DNA of 64,000 nucleotides from NCBI RefSeq assembly GCF_009914755.1, contig NC_060932.1, one strand, 5' to 3'. Source of the DNA: the human T2T-CHM13v2.0 reference genome, Homo sapiens. The position numbers were made by a program, and so were the translations under genes. Under the pieces are notes generated by a model. That model searched no databases. It saw only the letters and a program-made list of their open reading frames with translations, and had not been told where the DNA came from. Of the stretch, positions 56,130-64,000 are shown piece after piece (position 1 is the first letter of the stretch; every line of letters starts with the position of its first letter).

Positions 56130-57209
56130 GCCTCTCAACTATGTCTCATCGGTAAATTAATTATTTCTCCCCAACTCATACCATAAAATATTTTAGACAG
56201 CTTGCACAAGCCCCCAAACAAAAAAACTGTGATGAAATGGCTAAATAGTGTAGTAGCCATGGTGTATACGAATATAAACAGAAACATCGTAACAGGAAAA
56301 AATAAGAAAGTCCATTAGATGCAGTTGAGCTTCCAGCTTGTCTCTTAGTTTCCTGGAAACCAAAGTGAAAGGAGGTACCTGTTTGGTCAGAAAAGTTTTA
56401 GTATTACAAAGGAAATAGCATTGTATTTCTTTAGGGGAAGCAAAAACTTTTTCTTAGCCCTAAATTCTACAGGCAGTGCTGAATTGCTCAGTAAACAATG
56501 CACTTAATGATATTTCCTTGGCAAATTTGGTGAATTATCCATACACTGGTGTGTATGTATAACATGGTAGTGCAACCCCCAACCTGAAGGTGACACTTGT
56601 GCGCACGTAAATCTCTATTTCTTAGAGATGTCAAATCAAATCTTATAAACATAAGAAAGCTACATAAGCATCACAAAAAATTACAAACAGCTATGCCTCA
56701 TTTTCATAAGTGATGTCCTGACTCTATCTGATCTAGTTTTCATGTAAGTCCTTTGCCACTTTACATCTATCCTCAAAAGCCTAACGGAATCTGGCTGGAT
56801 ACCCCAGGTGCTTCCTCAACGTAGAAGTTTTCTCTTGTTTTTTTTTTTTTTTATTCTGAGTTATTTTGAATATATCAGTCAATTTTAATCTAAACTTGCA
56901 TTATGTTTTCAAATACAATATAAGAATTTAATTAAAAACAATGCTTCACTGACAGCAGCTCTACAATTCTGTATTTGACATTGTAGTACAACATGCAAAG
57001 GCATGTATTGAGGTCAGTCTGAAATGAAACACTTAGCCTCTATATTTTTTGGAAAAACAAATCCAAAATATGAAACATTCAGATAGGTAGGCATAACATT
57101 CAGATGTCCAGTGATGGAGGTCTTGCTTTGAGGGGCAGGCTGTTTCAGGTATAAATAAATCTCTCAAAGTCTATTTAGGAAAAAGATATATATATATTCC
57201 TGCAACTTC

Positions 57210-57349
57210 TTTTGTTTATTTTTATTTTTTGTAGAGATGGGTTCTTGCTATGTTGCCCAGGCTGTTCTCGAATTCCTCACCTCAAGCAACCCTCCTGCCT
57301 CAGTCTGCCAAAGTGCTGGGATTACAGGTCTGTGCCACTGTGACTGGCC
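57210..57349 (-). mobile_element. FLAM / Alu monomer
   Basis: Reverse monomer; TSD ctg(c/t)aacttctt. Confidence 0.9.
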
Positions 57350-58288
57350 TCTGTAACTTCTTAATTCTGTCTGCAGGAGCCACATGGAATAATTTATTTA
57401 GTGCTTTAAATATATGTATATGTCACTAAGCCATTTTAAGGAAGATAATCAGAAAATAATTATCAAGCTGTTTTGACCAATATAATTCAGATTCTACTTC
57501 AAAAAATTACAAGAGATTGCCTGAATTATTTTTTATATTAAAAACATAGCAGGCATATGTTACACAATGAGTTTTGTTCTGTCTTTCATTTGTTAATACT
57601 TTCTTAGGATGATAATAGAAAAAAAATTTGAGAATTTATCTTTCTCTGTACCATCAAATCTACAGTTTTCCGTTGTTTATTCTCAGTCATTTCCATTCCC
57701 AATTTAAATGTTGGATATAATAACCAGCCATATTAAAGGCCCGATTCTATGAATAGAAAACATGAAAAAAAATTTAAGCGAGGATTTGGGAGATGGTGGT
57801 AGGTAACTGAACTTGGTAATAACAATAAAATGATCCCAATCAGAGGCTGTTGTGTGAGCACAGCCTGTACAATTAATAGTGACACTTCAGCAGCAAAGCC
57901 ACTCCAAGAATCATACCATCGTTTGCCATTTTATATTTCTCTCCAAGATTTTCCAGAGAAATGCCATCAAAAGCACAAATACTATTTCTAGGATTCCAAA
58001 CTCTAAGAAACATATTAATTCAGAAGATGTTAAAGCATCAAAACAGAGAGGAAAATGTTGGAATGGTTACTATTTATGACTAGCTTCTGCTCTCTGCACT
58101 GAAGAGCGTAGCTATTTCCTTCATTTTACAGTTGACATTCAGAAAAAGTACATTAAAAGTACCCAGAAAAGCCTTATCTCTGCATATTTTTGCAATTTGG
58201 AAGGACAAATAGAAACAACATTAGAACTTGATACATTTAGTCGTACTCTGTATTGTAGACTTGGAGTGGAAAAACTGTATTGTAGACT

Positions 58289-59124
58289 CGGAGTGGAAAA
58301 AACACAAACTGTTTTCCCTCCGCTCTCACACCACAACAATCAACACAGATGACTTCTGTGACCAAATGTGTAGCAGCTTCTCCACACCAACAAGCAATAG
58401 GCAATCAATCAGTTCTGCAGCAGACACCAGCTGGGTGTCATCCAGTTTAATTCCAACACAGCCTGGATGGAGATATCATCAGATCCCACAGCTTAAAGGC
58501 TCAGTCCCACAAGACCACCGTTCGCTTCACATGGCAGTCACAGGCCCTGGGTTGTTTTACATGCGCTTCTGACCAATTGTCTATAAATCAGGGTTCCCAT
58601 GACCCCTTCCTTGTGTTCAATGAATTTGCTAGAGTAGCTAAGAGAACTCAGAAAAAGACGTGACTCAGTTTGTTGTAAAGGATATTACAGAGTACAGATG
58701 AAAAGATACGTAAGGAAAGACATGGGGCAAAGGATGTGGAGCTTCCCTCCTGGGCACACCACCCTCCAGGAACCTCCACACATTTGGCTCTCCAGCAGTT
58801 GTCTGAACCTAGTCTTTTTTGTGTTTACAGAGGCTTCATTACGAAAGCATGACTGACAAAACCATTGGCTATTGGTGAGCAACTTAACTTTCAGCCTGTC
58901 TCCCATCCCTGGAGGTTGGGGGTGGGACTGAAAATCCCAACCTTCTAATTCTGCCTTGGTCATCTTTTGGTGACCAGTCTCCATCCTAAAGCTACCTAGG
59001 GGTTGCCAGTCCTCAGTCAAATCATTAGAATATGAAAATATATCATTTTGGAAACCCTAAGAATTTTAGGATTGTGTGCCAGGAAATGATGTCAAAGACC
59101 AGATACATGTTTTATAATATCACA
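58289..59124 (-). mobile_element. MER21-family LTR
   Basis: Minus strand begins tgtgatattataaaacatgtatctggtctttg...ttcctggcacac; internal gacttctgtgaccaaatgtgt and gacaccagctgggtgtc. Confidence 0.85.
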
Positions 59125-59359
59125 GACACATGCATAGGTTGTCCAATTTTTTCTAAGTGAAGTTAAAAAGTATTTCAACCCCAATTGTCCTATTCTTCCC
59201 TTACATCATTCCTTCCTATACTTCTGTCTAATGTAATTAAGAAGAACATCGAGGGGAAACAACTTTTACTTGATCAGAGAATTAACTGAACTATTCACTT
59301 CCCAAGTGTTCAACTGAAAGGTAGATTATTTTATCTCATCATTTTAGGATTCCTTTTCT

Positions 59360-61560
<2,201 letters not shown>

Positions 61561-62153
61561 GTATCATGTTATTAATTCTCTAGTGAAACCATAGTTTGTA
61601 TTTAGTAAAACAACAATGTACATTTGGCTATTTCAAGCTTAATTGAATTTCTTTGGCCTCTACATGATTCTTCCTTGCTGAAAAGGATAATTTATAACAA
61701 ATATTTCATTACTTATAAAGCAAACACTTGCATTTCAGAATACCTTTGTATTTCACTTTCAACTCTAGAAAATATTTGTTAGGAAAGTATAATTTATGAA
61801 CTGTTATAATGCTTTAGTTTCTATTCATTTATTTGGGATTTACCATGTATTGCTTTAAATTTTAAGCAATTTTTATATGAATTGCTTCTACTCTACACTA
61901 TGAACACAAATTCAAAGATAGCCTGTATTTGTATTAAATTTCTTTGAATCTCTTAAGGCAACTAGCATAATGCCTTGTCTCAATAAATATATGTTTATTG
62001 CTTTAGAGAAAACAAGTCCATTACTATTTTCAAAGTTGAAATTGCGTTATATGTTTAAGCTGCCATTTAAACAGCACTACATTTTGCCATAATTTTGCTA
62101 TAGTTAACATTCCAAGTATATTCAAAGTTGATTTTTATTTTTTTCAGAAAAAA

Positions 62154-62596
62154 TGCCTTAGTCTGTTTGGTATTGCTACAAAAGAACACCTGAGACTGAG
62201 TAATTTGTAAGAAAAGAAGTTTGTTTAGCTCACAGTTCTGCAGGCTGAGAAGTTCAACGGCATGACCCTGGCTTCTGGCAGGGGCTTTTATTCTGCATCA
62301 TAACATGACAGAGAAGGTCAAAGAGGATGCAGACATGTGTGAAGAGGGGAAAGTTTGCTAGGCATCTTAGCCCTGTAACAACCCACTCTGGTGGAAACTA
62401 CCCATTTCCTCAAGAACTAATTTAGTTTAGTCTTGCGAGAGTGAGAACTTACTACCAGAAGAACAACACCAAGCCATTCATGAAGGATCTGCCCTCATAA
62501 CCCAAACACCTCCCAATAGGCCCTACCTCCACATTGGGGATCAAATTTCAATATGAGTTTTGATGAGAACAAACCAACCATATTCAAAGCATTGCA
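62154..62596 (-). mobile_element. MST-family MaLR LTR
   Basis: tgccttagtctgtttggtattgctac...gctcacagttctgcaggctg...ttggggatcaaatttcaatatgag. Confidence 0.9.
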
Positions 62597-64000
62597 AAAA
62601 GTTGAAAAAGCTCTACTAATGTGTAACCAGACATGTGAACATATATAACTTTGAGACATAGCACAACACTTAAAAGCCTTCAGAATCATAAAAAATGTAT
62701 CTATCAATCTTAATATTTTATTAACTCAAATTATTTTTACCTGGCTGCATGGACATACAACATTTACCCTAAATTTAAAATAGAATGCAAATTAATATTC
62801 ATTGGTATTATTTTCATTAATTGCACAACATAGTGAAAATAATGTTAACATTTTTTTCCTTTCCTTCTTCCTTCTTCTCTTTTGCTTTTTTTCTTACCTG
62901 TAAATTAACTGAGTTGCCAGATATCCATAGTTATCAATGGCAATTTGGAGGCTCTCAGAGGCAGAAGTGGTTGGTGTTTTTCTATTTATTGTTCTAGATT
63001 TGGGTCTGAGCACTTTTATAAGTGAAACTTTCCAGGTATTTTGTTGTTGTTGTTGTTGTTATATCAGGTCTTAAACTATACCTTTATAAATTCTTAGTCA
63101 TATATACTAAAGGGCATTTAATCTCACGACTGTTATTTATGGGCTTTAAGTCCTCTATGCAAAGGGTAAAATTGTCCCTGTGAATTTCAGAGGTAGACAT
63201 TAGGTAAAGAGAGAGTTTTTTGCTTGACTTATTGCTTAAGTCAGAGCGTTCTCTGAATCTTCTAACTCTTCATTTAATTCACTTGAAAGTATTTATTAAT
63301 CAATGTGCCTAATACATAGATGGGACTGCTTCCAGTGAGTCTGTCAGTCATGTTACCAGAGCCTTTATTTCTTCCTCTATGCCAAGCTTAAAAAATCAGA
63401 TGATTTATTTTACATGAGCCACACATGCAAATAGACCTGTAATGCTGAAATTTTGATACTTAAAGGTAAATCTAGTATCAGAGAGCTCTATTAAGTGGTC
63501 TAGAGTATATTCAAATTACAAGACATGCAACTTATTCTAAAATCTAATGCAATCTACTAACAGCAAGGGAGAGGGAACTATTCAGAGTAAATAGGACATT
63601 GTTTATCTGACATTTTATTGACACATTAATTGACAACTCCATTTTATATGACGTATACAATCAACTGGACCTGTTTAATGTTAGTCCTTAGATAAAAAAT
63701 AATTGTAGCTCAAGACCTCATAATTGTATATATTTTTTTCACTGTACCTGGTACAATCATTTCATGTATGAAATGAATGAGTCCACAATACCTCAATATT
63801 TGAACATTTTGTTTTAATTCACTTAATCATTGAACCACAGAGTCTGTGCTAAATGCTATTATCTCTATAACTCAACAATAAGGAGATTTAACAGACTCAC
63901 CATTTAATGTGCACGGGAGCACAGATTTCAAAATTTGTTTCAGCACAACCTTTTGGATTATCATATATTTGTACCATAAAATAAATCATCTGATTTTTTA

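Overview
Primate (human-like) non-coding genomic DNA. It is AT-rich, CpG-depleted and densely filled with transposable elements: about 17 Alu/FLAM copies, L1, L2 and MIR fragments, MaLR and ERV1 LTRs, and one MADE1 MITE. I find no supportable protein-coding gene. The ORF track is explained by Alu, L1, LTR or simple-repeat translations, or by chance, and I cannot name the locus. The structures that ordinary repeat annotation does not explain are: (1) a ~209-bp, ~92%-identical inverted-repeat pair (3119-3327 / 4791-4999), not recognisable as a TE, bracketing a 1.46-kb spacer with an enhancer-like motif cluster; (2) a perfect 22-bp-stem hairpin of pre-miRNA size (11702-11777); (3) an LTR sequence apparently inserted by L1 machinery, with poly(A) tail, 17-bp TSD and a 17-nt 5' leader (22015-22455); (4) a chain of minus-strand exon-like segments that could splice into a lncRNA with a 62-codon small ORF; (5) several atypical retrotransposition scars. 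Repeat subfamily calls come from recalled consensus features, repeat boundaries are approximate, and identities were counted by hand.
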